The translations under genes were made by a program, and so were the position numbers. DNA of 63,504 nt, the filler included, from Octopus bimaculoides (lineage: Eukaryota): the NCBI RefSeq assembly GCF_001194135.2. It is 8 parts of 6 records of this genome, joined end to end, with 100 filler letters (N's around TTAATTAATTAA, not from the genome) between each part and the next. Parts side by side here need not be neighbours in the genome. Positions count along the whole stretch, not along the records: positions 49,871 to 54,438 come from NC_068983.1; positions 54,539 to 61,333 come from NC_068990.1; positions 61,434 to 63,504 come from NC_068986.1; 5 more parts are not named here. One strand, given 5' to 3'. This document shows, piece after piece, positions 50,133-63,179 of this stretch (position 1 is the first letter of the stretch; the number at the start of each line of letters is the position of its first letter). The notes beneath the pieces were generated by a model, which made no database searches, had not been told where the DNA came from, and saw only the letters and a list, made by a program, of their open reading frames with translations.

Positions 50133-51344
50133 GAGAGAGAGACAGAGAGAGACAGAGAGAGACAGACAGAGAGAGAGAGACAGAGATTGTTCAGTTTCGA
50201 ACTTACGTAATGCTTGGATGATTTATCAAACCAGACGACATTAAGTTTTGTATCGCCCGAAACCACACAAGATTGCCTGTCTGTATACACGATCCTTCTA
50301 ACATTGAAAGCTATGTATAATCTATTTGATATGAATACATAGAAACTTTACGTAGATGTGTGGTGCGAATTCATTTCAAAATATCTGTAGTAGACTTGAT
50401 AACTACACCTTCTCGTCAAAAGTAATTTTATATCACGTAAGAAGTACATACTCAAGTAATTTTTTTTTTTATAGAGAACGAAATGACCTAAACCCTATAA
50501 TAAGTCGGTAACATCATTGAATGACTGAATTATTTATTGTCAGGCAACAAACAATAAACCAGTTAAACATTTTATTTCAATTTCACATATATTCATGGCA
50601 TTTCTATTTCTTTTTATGTATAGTTTTCTATTCTAGAGAAAACTTTGTCACTTAAAATGTCATGATTTGATTGAGAGGAATTGTTTGTATATGTATGTGT
50701 ATGTTTGTATTTAATTACACACACACATTTATGCAGTCATAGATATACGTATGTATATATTTATATACATACATATATATATATATACATATATANNNNN
50801 NNNNNNNNNNNNNNNNNNNNNNNNNNNNNNNNNNNNNNNNNNNNNNNNNNNNNNNNNNNNNNNNNNNNNNNNNNNNNNNNNNNNNNNNNNNNNNNNNNNN
50901 NNNNNNNNNNNNNNNNNNNNNNNNNNNNNNNNNNNNNNNNNNNNNNNNNNNNNNNNNNNNNNNNNNNNNNNNNNNNNNNNNNNNNNNNNNNNNNNNNNNN
51001 NNNNNNNNNNNNNNNNNNNNNNNNNNNNNNNNNNNNNNNNNNNNNNNNNNNNNNNNNNNNNNNNNNNNNNNNNNNNNNNNNNNNNNNNNNNNNNNNNNNN
51101 NNNNNNNNNNNNNNNNNNNNNNNNNNNNNNNNNNNNNNNNNNNNNNNNNNNNNNNNNNNNNNNNNNNNNNNNNNNNNNNNNNNNNNNNNNNNNNNNNNNN
51201 NNNNNNNNNNNNNNNNNNNNNNNNNNNNNNNNNNNNNNNNNNNNNNNNNNNNNNNNNNNNNNNNNNTATATATATGTACGTATGCATGTTTGTGTGTATA
51301 TATGCATGGATGCATGCGTGGATGCATGTATGTATGTATGTATC

Positions 51345-51450
51345 TTTTACTTATTTCACTCATTCAACCACGGCTATGCTGGGGCACTGCCTTGAAGGGT
51401 TTCAGTCGAACAAATCGATGCCAAGATTTATTTCTTCTTAAGCCGAACTA
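51345..51450 (-). mobile_element. SINE family B 3' fragment
   Basis: cttttacttatttcactcattcaac..cggctatgctggggcactgcc...cagtcgaacaaatcga. Confidence 0.7.
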
Positions 51451-51578
51451 CTATACTACGGCGGCATAAGCACAAGATTGGTTACCAAGCTTCATGTGTG
51501 TGTGTAGATATATACATATGTATATGTGTATATAAATAAATGAATGGAGTTAAACGCAGGTGTTATTCAAATTATTTT

Positions 51579-51667
51579 ACTTCCGACACATGTTTCGAAG
51601 ATATCACTGGTATTATTCCAAAGGAATAAAATGGTGTAAAACAATGTAATCTTCTCTTCAAGGAAAT
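51579..51667 (-). ncRNA. Type I hammerhead ribozyme motif with a C3U core variant, probably Penelope-derived
   Basis: Minus strand: AUUUCC (stem I) UUGAAGA GAAGAU...AUCUUC (stem II) GAAA C AUGU G UC GGAAGU (stem I'). All three stems pair, and stem III contains the palindrome ACAUGU. Confidence 0.7.
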
Positions 51668-52286
51668 GAAGAAATGAAACTCGTGAATAAGACATTTTAA
51701 CAGAAAATGATAGATATGTATAGTGATTAATTGAACACTATTAAGTTTGTTTAAAAAAACGTTAGAGGATATAACGTCAAAGGTAGCCTATAGAAAGAGG
51801 AGGAGGTAAAGGAAAGAAAAAAAACAAATAAACGAGAAGTATATAACAATATGTATATCAAATAAAACCCTATAGTCTTGGAAAAAGATATATCTAGTGA
51901 ATGTGAAATGTAAGAAGAAAATTAATGTTTAAATTATATATAATTATAGATATCACTTATATGAACTAAAGGTGTGTTTCTGCCAATGTTCACATCAGTA
52001 TGGACACTCTATAACCGTGTTTACAAGGGGATTTTTAGAATAAAAGATTAAAAAAACAATTCAGAATTACTCCATTTATCTATATATACTATACAAAATA
52101 TATCACGTAAACCCGGAGTTTCTACCTTTAAAACAAGGAGTTACAACCGTTTTTACTTGTATGATTTTTTGCTGCCCTGGTAATTATTTATCTATTTTTT
52201 TCCGCGTGAATTGTTAACAAGGGAAAAATGCACACATCTAATTATATATGTATATGTGTGTATATACATACACACAAACACACACA

Positions 52287-52345
<59 letters not shown>

Positions 52346-53123
52346 GTATATATNNNNNNNNNNNNNNNNNNNNNNNNNNNNNNNNNNNNNNNNNNNNNNN
52401 NNNNNNNNNNNNNNNNNNNNNNNNNNNNNNNNNNNNNNNNNNNNNNNNNNNNNNNNNNNNNNNNNNNNNNNNNNNNNNNNNNNNNNNNNNNNNNNNNNNN
52501 NNNNNNNNNNNNNNNNNNNNNNNNNNNNNNNNNNNNNNNNNNNNNNNNNNNNNNNNNNNNNNNNNNNNNNNNNNNNNNNNNNNNNNNNNNNNNNNNNNNN
52601 NNNNNNNNNNNNNNNNNNNNNNNNNNNNNNNNNNNNNNNNNNNNNNNNNNNNNNNNNNNNNNNNNNNNNNNNNNNNNNNNNNNNNNNNNNNNNNNNNNNN
52701 NNNNNNNNNNNNNNNNNNNNNNNNNNNNNNNNNNNNNNNNNNNNNNNNNNNNNNNNNNNNNNNNNNNNNNNNNNNNNNNNNNNNNNNNNNNNNNNNNNNN
52801 NNNNNNNNNNNNNNNNNNNNNNNNNNNNNNNNNNNNNNNNNNNNNNNNNNNNNNNNNNNNNNNNNNNNNNNNNNNNNNNNNNNNNNNNNNNNNNNNNNNN
52901 NNNNNNNNNNNNNNNNNNNNNNNNNNNNNNNNNNNNNNNNNNNNNNNNNNNNNNNNNNNNNNNNNNNNNNNNNNNNNNNNNNNNNNNNNNNNNNNNNNNN
53001 NNNNNNNNNNNNNNNNNNNNNNNNNNNNNNNNNNNNNNNNNNNNNNNNNNNNNNNNNNNNNNNNNNNNNNNNNNNNNNNNNNNNNNNNNNNNNNNNNNNN
53101 NNNNNNNNNNNNNNNNNNNNNNC

Positions 53124-53468
53124 GGTCATAGGATCGCGGTTTCGATTCCCAGACCGGGCGTTGTGAGTGTTTATTGAGCGAAAACACCTCAAAGCTCCAC
53201 GAGGCTCCGGCAGGGTATGGTGGCGAACCCTACTGTACTCTTTCACCACAACTTTCTCTCACTCTTACTTCCTGTTTCTGTTGTGCCTGTAATTCAAAGG
53301 GTCAGCCTTGTCACACTGTGTCACGCTGAATATCCCCCGAGAACTACGTTAAGGGTACACGTGTCTGTGGAGTGCTCAGCCACTTGCACGTTAATTTCAC
53401 GAGCAGGCTGTTCCGTTGATCGGATCAACTGGAACCCTTGACGTCGTAAGCGACAGAGTGCCAACACA
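53124..53468 (+). mobile_element. SINE family E copy (head partly in gap)
   Basis: cggtcataggatcgcggtttcgattcccagaccgggcg...gacgtcgtaagcgacagagtgccaaca. Confidence 0.9.
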
Positions 53469-53900
53469 CTCACACAGCTCGTGAAATAAGAAAGATTTTA
53501 TTGGTATTTCATCTAGATCCAATGGCCACATAGAGATTTTAGTTTCGATTTCCTTACTGATTAATCGCTGTGTGTCTGTCTCTCTGTCTGTCTGTGTGCG
53601 TGCGCGCGTTTTCTAAACGCACATACATATACGACCATCTAGTGATAATTTCAGCAGCGTTATTCTATATTCCTATCTAAGAAATCATGATATATGTGCT
53701 GGAAATAATATATATTGATTCTTTAGGTCTGACCCGTTACAAATATTCTTATTAGAGAACTGATCCCCATATAAATGACGAGCTTGCATCTGCCTAAGGC
53801 AAACTCAATAAACTTTCGTCTAAAGTTATAAGCCTATTAGATGTGGAAGGAAATTCCAATATATTTTCTGTATTTCGTGCAAGAGATTATCATGAAATGT

Positions 53901-54305
53901 GTAGGAGTGGCTGTGTGGTAAGTAGCCTGATTACCAACCACATGGTTCTGGGTTCATTCCCACTGCGTGGCATCTTGGGCGAGTGTCTTCTACAATAGCC
54001 TCGGGCCGACCAAAGCCTTGTGAGTGGATTTGGTAGACATGAAACTGAAAGAGGCCCGTCGCATATATATATATATGTATGTGTGTGTATATGTTTGTGT
54101 CTTTGCATTTGTTCCCCCAACACCGCTTGACAACCGATACTGGTGTGTTTATGTCCCCGTAACTTAGCGGTTCGGCAAAAAGAGACCGATAGAATAAGTA
54201 CTAGGCATCCAAAGAATAAGTCCTGGGGGCGATTTGCTCGACTAAAGGCAGTACTCCTGCATGGCGACAGTCAAATGACTGAAACAAGTAAAAGAGTAAA
54301 AGAGT
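53901..54305 (+). mobile_element. Full-length SINE family B
   Basis: gtaggagtggctgtgtggtaag...gggttcattccc...gactgaaacaagtaaaagagtaaaagag. Confidence 0.9.
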
Positions 54306-54332
54306 ACATACATACATATATGTATATATATA

Positions 54333-54394
<62 letters not shown>

Positions 54395-54539
54395 CACATA
54401 CACACACACACACACACACACATACATATCTTTTGAATNNNNNNNNNNNNNNNNNNNNNNNNNNNNNNNNNNNNNNNNNNNNTTAATTAATTAANNNNNN
54501 NNNNNNNNNNNNNNNNNNNNNNNNNNNNNNNNNNNNNNT

Positions 54540-54582
<43 letters not shown>

Positions 54583-55933
54583 ATGTATGCATGTATGTAT
54601 ATGTATAATAACACGACATGCACTTAGATTTATGCTAACAACTGGCTTATATATTCGCAAATCGCAGTTGGTGTCCGGTTTAATTTTAGAGGTAGAAGAC
54701 AGATACGTAAATAACCCCAAAAGAAAACGTACACCCATATGTGTATATGGGCGTCAGTTTGTTTCTGCTCTGTATATATGCATGAAAATATATAGATGCA
54801 TGGATATGTGTTTATTATACATCTGTGTTTTATCCTCTATTCTCAGATTTATTCTTCCTTACCATGTTGCTCTGCTCTTTCACGTTTTCCAATTTTCTTT
54901 ATTTCAATCTTTCCCACCCTTCCCTTAGCATCTCATTATCTCTTCATTTCTCATCCCTTCATTTTCACTAATTCGTTCTCTCTTTCTCTTTCTCTTTCTC
55001 ACTCTCTCTCGCTCGCTCTCCTCCCCCCCTCTCTCTCTCTTTATATACATATATGTGTGTGTGAATGTGTGTGTGTGTATGTATATGTATGTGTGTGTAT
55101 GTATACTGGAAGTTTCTAGATGCTGATCAATAGACCATTGTGAAAAATAGAACAAAAAGTGACATAATAAAATTACATTTTGAAAATGTTTAGAATAATG
55201 AACGTGGGTTTGATAACATGGAATAGAGAAATTTATTTCAATGAAACAGTAAACATTTGACAAACATGAAGATCTGAGTGTTAGTGAAACTGATAGCAAT
55301 AAGATGAGTCATTGGCAACCATATATTACAGAAAACCATATGTTCTATGTTTTAACTATATTTTCATTGAAGAAAATTTCTGTATCACACACATATTAGC
55401 CGTAATCGTTCGTTATGTATGTGGGAGAAAGACAGAGAGAGGGGTGTGTGTGTGTGTGGTTGAGAGAGTGAGAGTGAAAGAGAGAGAGAAAGAGAAATGA
55501 ATATGCATTTATGCAAAAATCTAAAAAACTATTCAGTTTCATTCTGTAAACGAAAGATGAATTTAATCATACAAGGGAGATAAATCGCGGTATTTAGCTA
55601 TCTTTATAGTCAGGTAAAAAGAATCTATTTATTGCAAGTTCTCTGAATATTTAACCATAGATAATATATTGTTGCCAGAATCGGGTTATTTGGAAACACA
55701 TACCTACAATTTGGAAACAAATACATACAAGACGCACATACAACTCTGTTCCTTTAAACCATGAACCCATAGCATATATGAAAGAACATGAGAATATTTT
55801 CGTTCACCAAGAGTCGGCATTTCTAAAGTTCTTCGACAAAGATTATATCTGAATAAAAACGTCCGATCACATGGGTTCATTTAATGTTACTTAGGAGCAG
55901 TTCGACAGTGCTGAGATTTGTGATTTCATTAAC

Positions 55934-55989
<56 letters not shown>

Positions 55990-56033
55990 TTGATACTTCA
56001 GATATGAAATCCGCTCTCTGAAATATCGGATTA

Positions 56034-56144
56034 CAGTAATCCCTCGCCGTATCCGGGTTCACCTATCGCGGTTTATTATTTAAGCTCAGGTCGATTCCTC
56101 TGTGGTTTTGTTTTGCATTTATAATAAAATAAATGCATACAAGT

Positions 56145-56232
<88 letters not shown>

Positions 56233-56325
56233 TGCACAGTACAATACTGTTTCAGCTTTGCGGATTTTCACTTATCGCGGTAGGGTTTTAGAACGTAGCA
56301 CCTGCGATAGTCGAGGGATTAACTG
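56034..56325. mobile_element. Tigger/pogo-like MITE copy 2 with internal (aat)n expansion
   Basis: TA-CAGTAATCCCTCG ... CGAGGGATTAACTG-TA; TA duplication at 56032-56033 and 56326-56327. Confidence 0.85.
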
Positions 56326-58890
56326 TAAAGGATAAGAAAACAGATTCTAAGGAATTTAAGGTACATTTCAGCTTATATAATCACTTCCATATACATATGC
56401 TTATTTGTTTACACTGTTGCGCCATCGTATAGACAAATGCTTACAAGTGCTTTCTATTGTAGAGAATCTCACCGATACACATAGTCACCGATATTGTATA
56501 AATTTCTCACAAAAGAACGCTACGAGAGAGAACGTGACCTGTCGGATATAGCAACCAAATCTCTCTCAAACGGAACATACTTAGCTTTTTTGATAAAACT
56601 GACTATATCAATTAATATGATCTGTGATTACTTTCACAAAAATATCCGCTGCTCATGACTGGAATACAGTGAATCGAAAAGTTCATCTCGTTGAGGACTG
56701 ACCTCGAGATAAATAACAATTAACTCTAGCACGCATGTGCTCCTGTGTATATGTATGCGTATGTTTGTGTGCTTGTGTGCGTGCATGAATATGTATGTGT
56801 GTGTGTGCCTAAATACGTAGATGCATAGATGGACAGCTTGACACAAACACATGCTTAAATAGAAGCATTAAAAATTACACACAATGTAAATATACACACG
56901 TACAAAAATACACACATCGTACCAATTAATGAAGATGTCGATGCTAGCAAAAAATGCGTGAGGATTGTAACATATGAAAAGCTTCATAAATATTCATAAT
57001 TGTTTATTATACTACACTTCGTATGTATATACACACTCAGGCACATTACAATTCTGTAGAATCTATATAATTACACTTGGCGTCCGCCTTTTATGTAAGT
57101 CACNNNNNNNNNNNNNNNNNNNNNNNNNNNNNNNNNNNNNNNNNNNNNNNNNNNNNNNNNNNNNNNNNNNNNNNNNNNNNNNNNNNNNNNNNNNNNNNNN
57201 NNNNNNNNNNNNNNNNNNNNNNNNNNNNNNNNNNNNNNNNNNNNNNNNNNNNNNNNNNNNNNNNNNNNNNNNNNNNNNNNNNNNNNNNNNNNNNNNNNNN
57301 NNNNNNNNNNNNNNNNNNNNNNNNNNNNNNNNNNNNNNNNNNNNNNNNNNNNNNNNNNNNNNNNNNNNNNNNNNNNNNNNNNNNNNNNNNNNNNNNNNNN
57401 NNNNNNNNNNNNNNNNNNNNNNNNNNNNNNNNNNNNNNNNNNNNNNNNNNNNNNNNNNNNNNNNNNNNNNNNNNNNNNNNNNNNNNNNNNNNNNNNNNNN
57501 NNNNNNNNNNNNNNNNNNNNNNNNNNNNNNNNNNNNNNNNNNNNNNNNNNNNNNNNNNNNNNNNNNNNNNNNNNNNNNNNNNNNNNNNNNNNNNNNNNNN
57601 NNNNNNNNNNNNNNNNNNNNNNNNNNNNNNNNNNNNNNNNNNNNNNNNNNNNNNNNNNNNNNNNNNNNNNNNNNNNNNNNNNNNNNNNNNNNNNNNNNNN
57701 NNNNNNNNNNNNNNNNNNNNNNNNNNNNNNNNNNNNNNNNNNNNNNNNNNNNNNNNNNNNNNNNNNNNNNNNNNNNNNNNNNNNNNNNNNNNNNNNNNNN
57801 NNNNNNNNNNNNNNNNNNNNNNNNNNNNNNNNNNNNNNNNNNNNNNNNNNNNNNNNNNNNNNNNNNNNNNNNNNNNNNNNNNNNNNNNNNNNNNNNNNNN
57901 NNNNNNNNNNNNNNNNNNNNNNNNNNNNNNNNNNNNNNNNNNNNNNNNNNNNNNNNNNNNNNNNNNNNNNNNNNNNNNNNNNNNNNNNNNNNNNNNNNNN
58001 NNNNNNNNNNNNNNNNNNNNNNNNNNNNNNNNNNNNNNNNNNNNNNNNNNNNNNNNNNNNNNNNNNNNNNNNNNNNCCAATAACTAAAATATGCATGTTT
58101 GGTTCTTGTATACTTTACTTACCAACAGAAAAATACTTAGGAGTAGTATTCGATTCGTAATTAACGTTACTTGCATTGGAAGTATTCACAAGGAATGTTT
58201 GTTCCCCATGCGTAGGTTATACAAGATTAGAAAATTTCTCAATAAAAGGAAAATAAGAAAAACACCTGATTTATTGTTTTAGAATATGTTTTTTTTTTAT
58301 TTAGATGATATTTTTAATTGGAATTAGCAAAACGCAACTGGAAATGTGCCAAATCATTCAAATTAATTGTTCACTTTGTTCAAGAACAAAACAGATGTGA
58401 CTGCCGATCCGCCGGCATTAATTGAATGGATTTTATTGGATACCAAACTATTTTTGAATAAAATTCAAAATATTTGCCATCGTTCATAAGTTTGTCTAAG
58501 TCTGTGCTTAAGTATTTCAATTATTTCTTTGACTCCTGCTGCTTTTGTACCAAAGAGTCACAGATCTGATTTTACGATAATACTTTGCACATTTTCAGTT
58601 ATTTCTTATTTAGCTAGTATTTTCAAATATATCACCCCGTGCTCCTGGAATTCATTGCCCAACCCTTATAAAAATATTATCTAATAATATGTGAACCTAC
58701 GATATACAAACATGCTAAATTTACCTATTTTATCTTGTGGAATGAAAAACATATATACAAACTTAATCTATTTTCTAAACATATTGTGATCTTGTCTGAG
58801 GTTTCTACATCACTTGACCAAATTCAAAGTAAACATATTGGTTTATAAACCAATTAAATCGAATATCTTCAGAGAACTGGAACTATTAAC

Positions 58891-58934
58891 TTGCATAATT
58901 AATTTGCATAATTAATTTGCATAATTAATTTGCA
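58891..58934. repeat. 13-bp tandem repeat (ttgcataattaat x3 + ttgca) containing octamer sites
   Basis: Exact repeat; ATTTGCAT at 58902-58909 and 58915-58922. Confidence 0.9.
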
Positions 58935-59040
58935 GGTTACTGTAGACAGGATGCTTGTTTTCTGAGTGCCATAAGTTATATTCATTTATCGTAACCGTTG
59001 ACTGTATCGAATATTCCTACGATTTTCAATTCTCTCTCTC

Positions 59041-59112
<72 letters not shown>

Positions 59113-59659
59113 CGTGTGTATGCACGCGTGCATATATACACATATACACATGTGAAGGTGGGGTATGTATAAGGCTGTTTCTGTAAAGCGTAAACTTACA
59201 ATCTGTATTCGATACTTGGAGATATGTTTTTGTGTGACAGATGCACTGGAAGATGTTGTTGAGAATCTTAAAAGAATATTTCAAAAATAAAGTCTGTCAT
59301 CACCTTCGTTATCTAAAACAATAGCTTTAAATTCTGGCGATGTAATAAACTTCGTTTCTAGATGTAAATAGAGATATAAATTCAGAAAATATATAGCGTC
59401 GATTAAAAACTAAAGTCACACGTAAATGTCTGGAGACAGTGTTCGTACACACATCTAAAATGTCTTTGTAAAACTATTATCTAAAAGAGCAGTTAGTATT
59501 TATTTTACAAACGAAGGCTCTCAAGTTCAAATGAGGACCCAGAACCTGTGTAGCTTCCTTGTTGTTGTTCGTTCCTTCACGGAAAAGTCTTGGCGATAGA
59601 AGGTGAAATGAAATTGATTTCCTGCAATTCGCAGCCCAGATAGAGTTCAGGATGGACAT

Positions 59660-60840
59660 TGGAAGTGATCATAGATTTGCAAAATAAAAATAAACACAAC
59701 TAAAGGAAGGAACAAAAAACTAAGGAAGTCACAGAGAATTTACATGGAAGACCTCATACCAAAAGTCTCAGAAATCCAGTTAGCTTCCAAAAATAGACTT
59801 GATATACTTCGGGAGAAGATAGACAGTAAGCAATACCGAGGAGATAACGAATATTGTTACTGAGACAACAAAAAAACACAGCTAAGGAAACTACATCTAA
59901 CAGCAAAAAAAAATGGAAAAAAGCATTACCGAGAAATATCAATATTATGAAAAACTGAAGAACAATGAAGCAAGATTCATTTACACAACGGACTGAATAT
60001 ACTGTATTATGTAAAATAATAAAGAAAAATCTCAGAGAAAATAAAAGAAAGTCAAATTTGGAGAAGATTAAGAAAACAATTGAAAGCAACAAATGTTTTT
60101 AAAAGACTAAGAGAAGATGCCTATAGGACGTAACTAAATGACAAAGACAGGAGACAACTTACAGATGTACAAATATTCGAAAAAATAACTGTATTGCGTG
60201 AAAGCCTATATCGTTCAAACAAAGAAGTTTCCCGAACAGTAAATTCAAGGCAAAGAGTCCCAAACATATTTTGAGGCTGAAGTTAAAATTATTACAAAGG
60301 AAAAGAAAAACGATAAAACTGCTTGATCCAGATGAGATTGAAATAGTCATGATAAAAGTGGTTAAACCAAGCAAAGGTAAAGAACTAGCTAAAGTTTATG
60401 CAAAAAGAAAGCTCTTAAACCAGTGTGCGTTGCCTACTATTATGCATGCATTAGAAACATGGACTACCAACAAGAGCATTGAAAATAAATTAAGATTAAC
60501 ACGAAGAGCCATGGAAAGAAGAATGCTGAAGATTTAAAAAATCGATAAGTGGAAAAAGAACGGATTAAGTGTGGCAACATATTTAACAAATATCATCTGG
60601 AAACGGTCGTTTGCGGTACATGTACTTAGAAGAAAGGACAATTGGTGGAATATAAAATGGACAGAGAGGACAACGCGTCCATAAAAATGAAAGAAGGGAA
60701 GACTATGCAGCAGTTGGTATGAAGGCTTTGTTAAATTCTTCGGCACTCAACATGGATAAGGAAAACATAAGGCCGTGATTACTGGAGAGAATATACTGTG
60801 TCATTAGTCCAAAAGTGGACTGAACATCTACAAGGGGGAA
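59660..60840 (+). pseudogene. RTE-clade LINE relic with the RT core largely deleted
   Basis: KRKLLNQCALPTIMHALETWTTNKSIENKLRLTRRAMERRMLKI (60400-60537) is the RTE C-terminal LPxMxYGxETW...QRAMERxML signature, followed by KWxWAGH-like remnants. Confidence 0.75.
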
Positions 60841-61212
60841 GTCACATGAAACAAATCCAAACACTTAATGACATTCAAAATAAATAAAAAAAACTGAAGG
60901 AAAGGGAGAGTAATATATTCGCATTTATGAATACAATATTGACTGCAACATAGAAGTGACCAACAAGAGTCAAATAAAGGAATTCAAGCAAAATATTACA
61001 GGAGTTTCAAATATCTTCAAGGAGACTGAGCAATAAAGGAAAAATCCTGAGATTTGTAAACAGAAACATAAATATCCTTCAGCAAACAAAATGAAAATAA
61101 ACAAAAATAAATGTATTGCTTTTTTCAGCTGTTGTGCCATTATGTTGAGTCCAAAAATCTGGAAACTCTCACGTATAATCTCGGCTTGGTGCGTGCATGC
61201 GTGTGTGTGTAT

Positions 61213-61267
<55 letters not shown>

Positions 61268-61433
61268 TTGAACCCAACATAATGACACAGCAGCTGATAA
61301 AAGTAATACATTTACTTTTGTTTAATTTTATTGNNNNNNNNNNNNNNNNNNNNNNNNNNNNNNNNNNNNNNNNNNNNTTAATTAATTAANNNNNNNNNNN
61401 NNNNNNNNNNNNNNNNNNNNNNNNNNNNNNNNN

Positions 61434-61825
61434 TCATGAGGGATATTTGTATAAAGGTTGATCACGTCAAAAGAAACCAAGAGTGACTCCTCGTTTGTTG
61501 TTTTCGGGAGGTGATTGAGCATGTCAAGATCATCTCTAATGAAACTTTTGATGTGACTTAGGAAAGGTTTCAAAAGAATGTCCAGGAAATTGCTTAAGCG
61601 GTGTGTTTCGCAGGAGGTGCCTGCTATAATGGGTCTTAGTTTTAAATCTTCCGGTGCCTTGATGTTGATGTAGATGTCAGAGGAGAGTTTGCAAGCTTCG
61701 ATGATGGATTTGTTCTTATGGATTTTAGGAAGGCCATAGAAGAGGCTGGGCTTGCATTTGAAATTAGTGACAAAGAAAAGGATTACATCACTAATTTTAC
61801 AGAAAAAGTTTGGAAAAGCTATCAT
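61434..61825 (-). mobile_element. Penelope-like element reverse transcriptase, N-terminal part (open into gap)
   Basis: FYGLPKIHK...LRPIIAG...LSNFLDILLKP...SFIRDDLDML...LVSFDVINLYTNIPH: PLE RT motifs with no stops. Confidence 0.9.
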
Positions 61826-62179
61826 ACATAAATCGAAATTGGTGTTTCTGTTTTTTCTTTTCTTTTCTTTTTTTTTTGTTGTTTTATCTGGATTTTAATT
61901 GTGAAAATTAAAATTAAAAAGTGGACATATGAAATTTTTTCTCTAAAAATTCGTATCGCAAGTGTTTCAAAATGTGGAATACTATAACACTGAAGATATA
62001 TAGTGCAACATAATTAGAACAACCAAACTTAGCTTGAATTTAGATTTGTCCCCTTTGTCAAGCAATAAATGTACACTTCTTGCTTATGTTTACATTGTCA
62101 AAGATTAACATTTCGTTCAAGAGCTATTATTTGTAAGGCAACTAGAAATAGATACAAAAGAGAAGTCAGTATTTCGTGT

Positions 62180-63165
62180 TCAAGCAATTGATGTGACACC
62201 TTCAATGGTAGGTTGTTATTGTTGCTTCATCAGTTAATGCAAAAGGTTATACTTAGTGTGTTTACAGCGATTTTTTTAATGGTATCTCTTAGGTTATTTG
62301 CAAAAAATCATTGATCACTGTTATCACAATAATAAATAAAATCAAGGCACATGATCTCAATCCCCCACTGTTTCAACAATTCTGTACTGAGAATGATAAA
62401 GATTTTGAATGTTTGTTGTTGCACACAGTTCAAAGGCTGTCGAAGGGAAACAGCCTGAAAGTTTCTATTCTTTTTTTAAAACAGTTGTTGAATTCTTGCA
62501 AGACTCTTATTCTGTACTTTGTGATGAACCAAGAAACAAAAGCATGACATTGCTTATATGGTTGATATATTCACAAAGTTCAATGAAATAAATTTGCAAC
62601 TGCAAGGAAATGATGTCAAACCTTATCAAAGTAAAATCAGTCCTCTCCAGGTTACAACTATTCAAATGTAACATTAGTTCTTCCAGTTTCTGAACCTTGC
62701 TGAATTGGAAAAGAAAAAGCACATACAAGAAGATGACATTCAAATACATGGTTCACACCTAGGTAAGCTGCACAGAGCCATATCTGACAGATTTCAGGAT
62801 ATCTATTTTTGATTAAAATACCAGTCTCAGTGATTCCTAGATATCAGTAATGAGGAAACAAAAATAGTGGAAGACCTAGTTTCACTTTTAAATGACATTG
62901 AGGTGAAGCCTAAGTTCAATATATCATGCCAGGATTTTTGATAGCAAAAGGATATTTCTAACTGCTACCCTGCACTTTGGAACAGAGTCAAGATGTACTT
63001 TATTGCTTTTCCAACATTATGTTTTGTAGAACAGGGCTTCAGTGTAGCTGCCCAGATTCCTTCTATGCAAAGAAACAGACTGAAAACTATTGAATAGCCT
63101 ACTTCTTAGTACCTTTCAGCTGAATGTCAAGAAGCTGATATCTCTGAACATCTATCACATAAGAC
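62180..63165 (+). pseudogene. hAT (Charlie/Buster-like) transposase relic
   Basis: ITIINKIKAHDLN..LFQQFC.END.DFECLLLHT..R.LSKGNSL and YPALWNRVKMYFIAFPTLCFVEQGFS...RNRL (C-terminal dimerisation region); frameshifted. Confidence 0.85.
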
Positions 63166-63179
63166 ATCAGGTTCACGAC

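Noticed and set aside
134-59284. Dozens of long ORFs rich in YI, HT, CV, SL, poly-D/N/M or X
   Set aside because: These are translations of microsatellites and N-runs with no domain signal.
59477-59659. Minus-strand ORF containing KSISF, as in the human SUPT3H N-terminus
   Set aside because: The match does not extend to the conserved ELQSMM and there is no suitable donor.
7829-61389. Seven identical TTAATTAATTAA palindromes
   Set aside because: Each is centred between equal N-runs and stops all six frames, so it is a scaffolding linker. It also means contig order and distance across these joins are uncertain.
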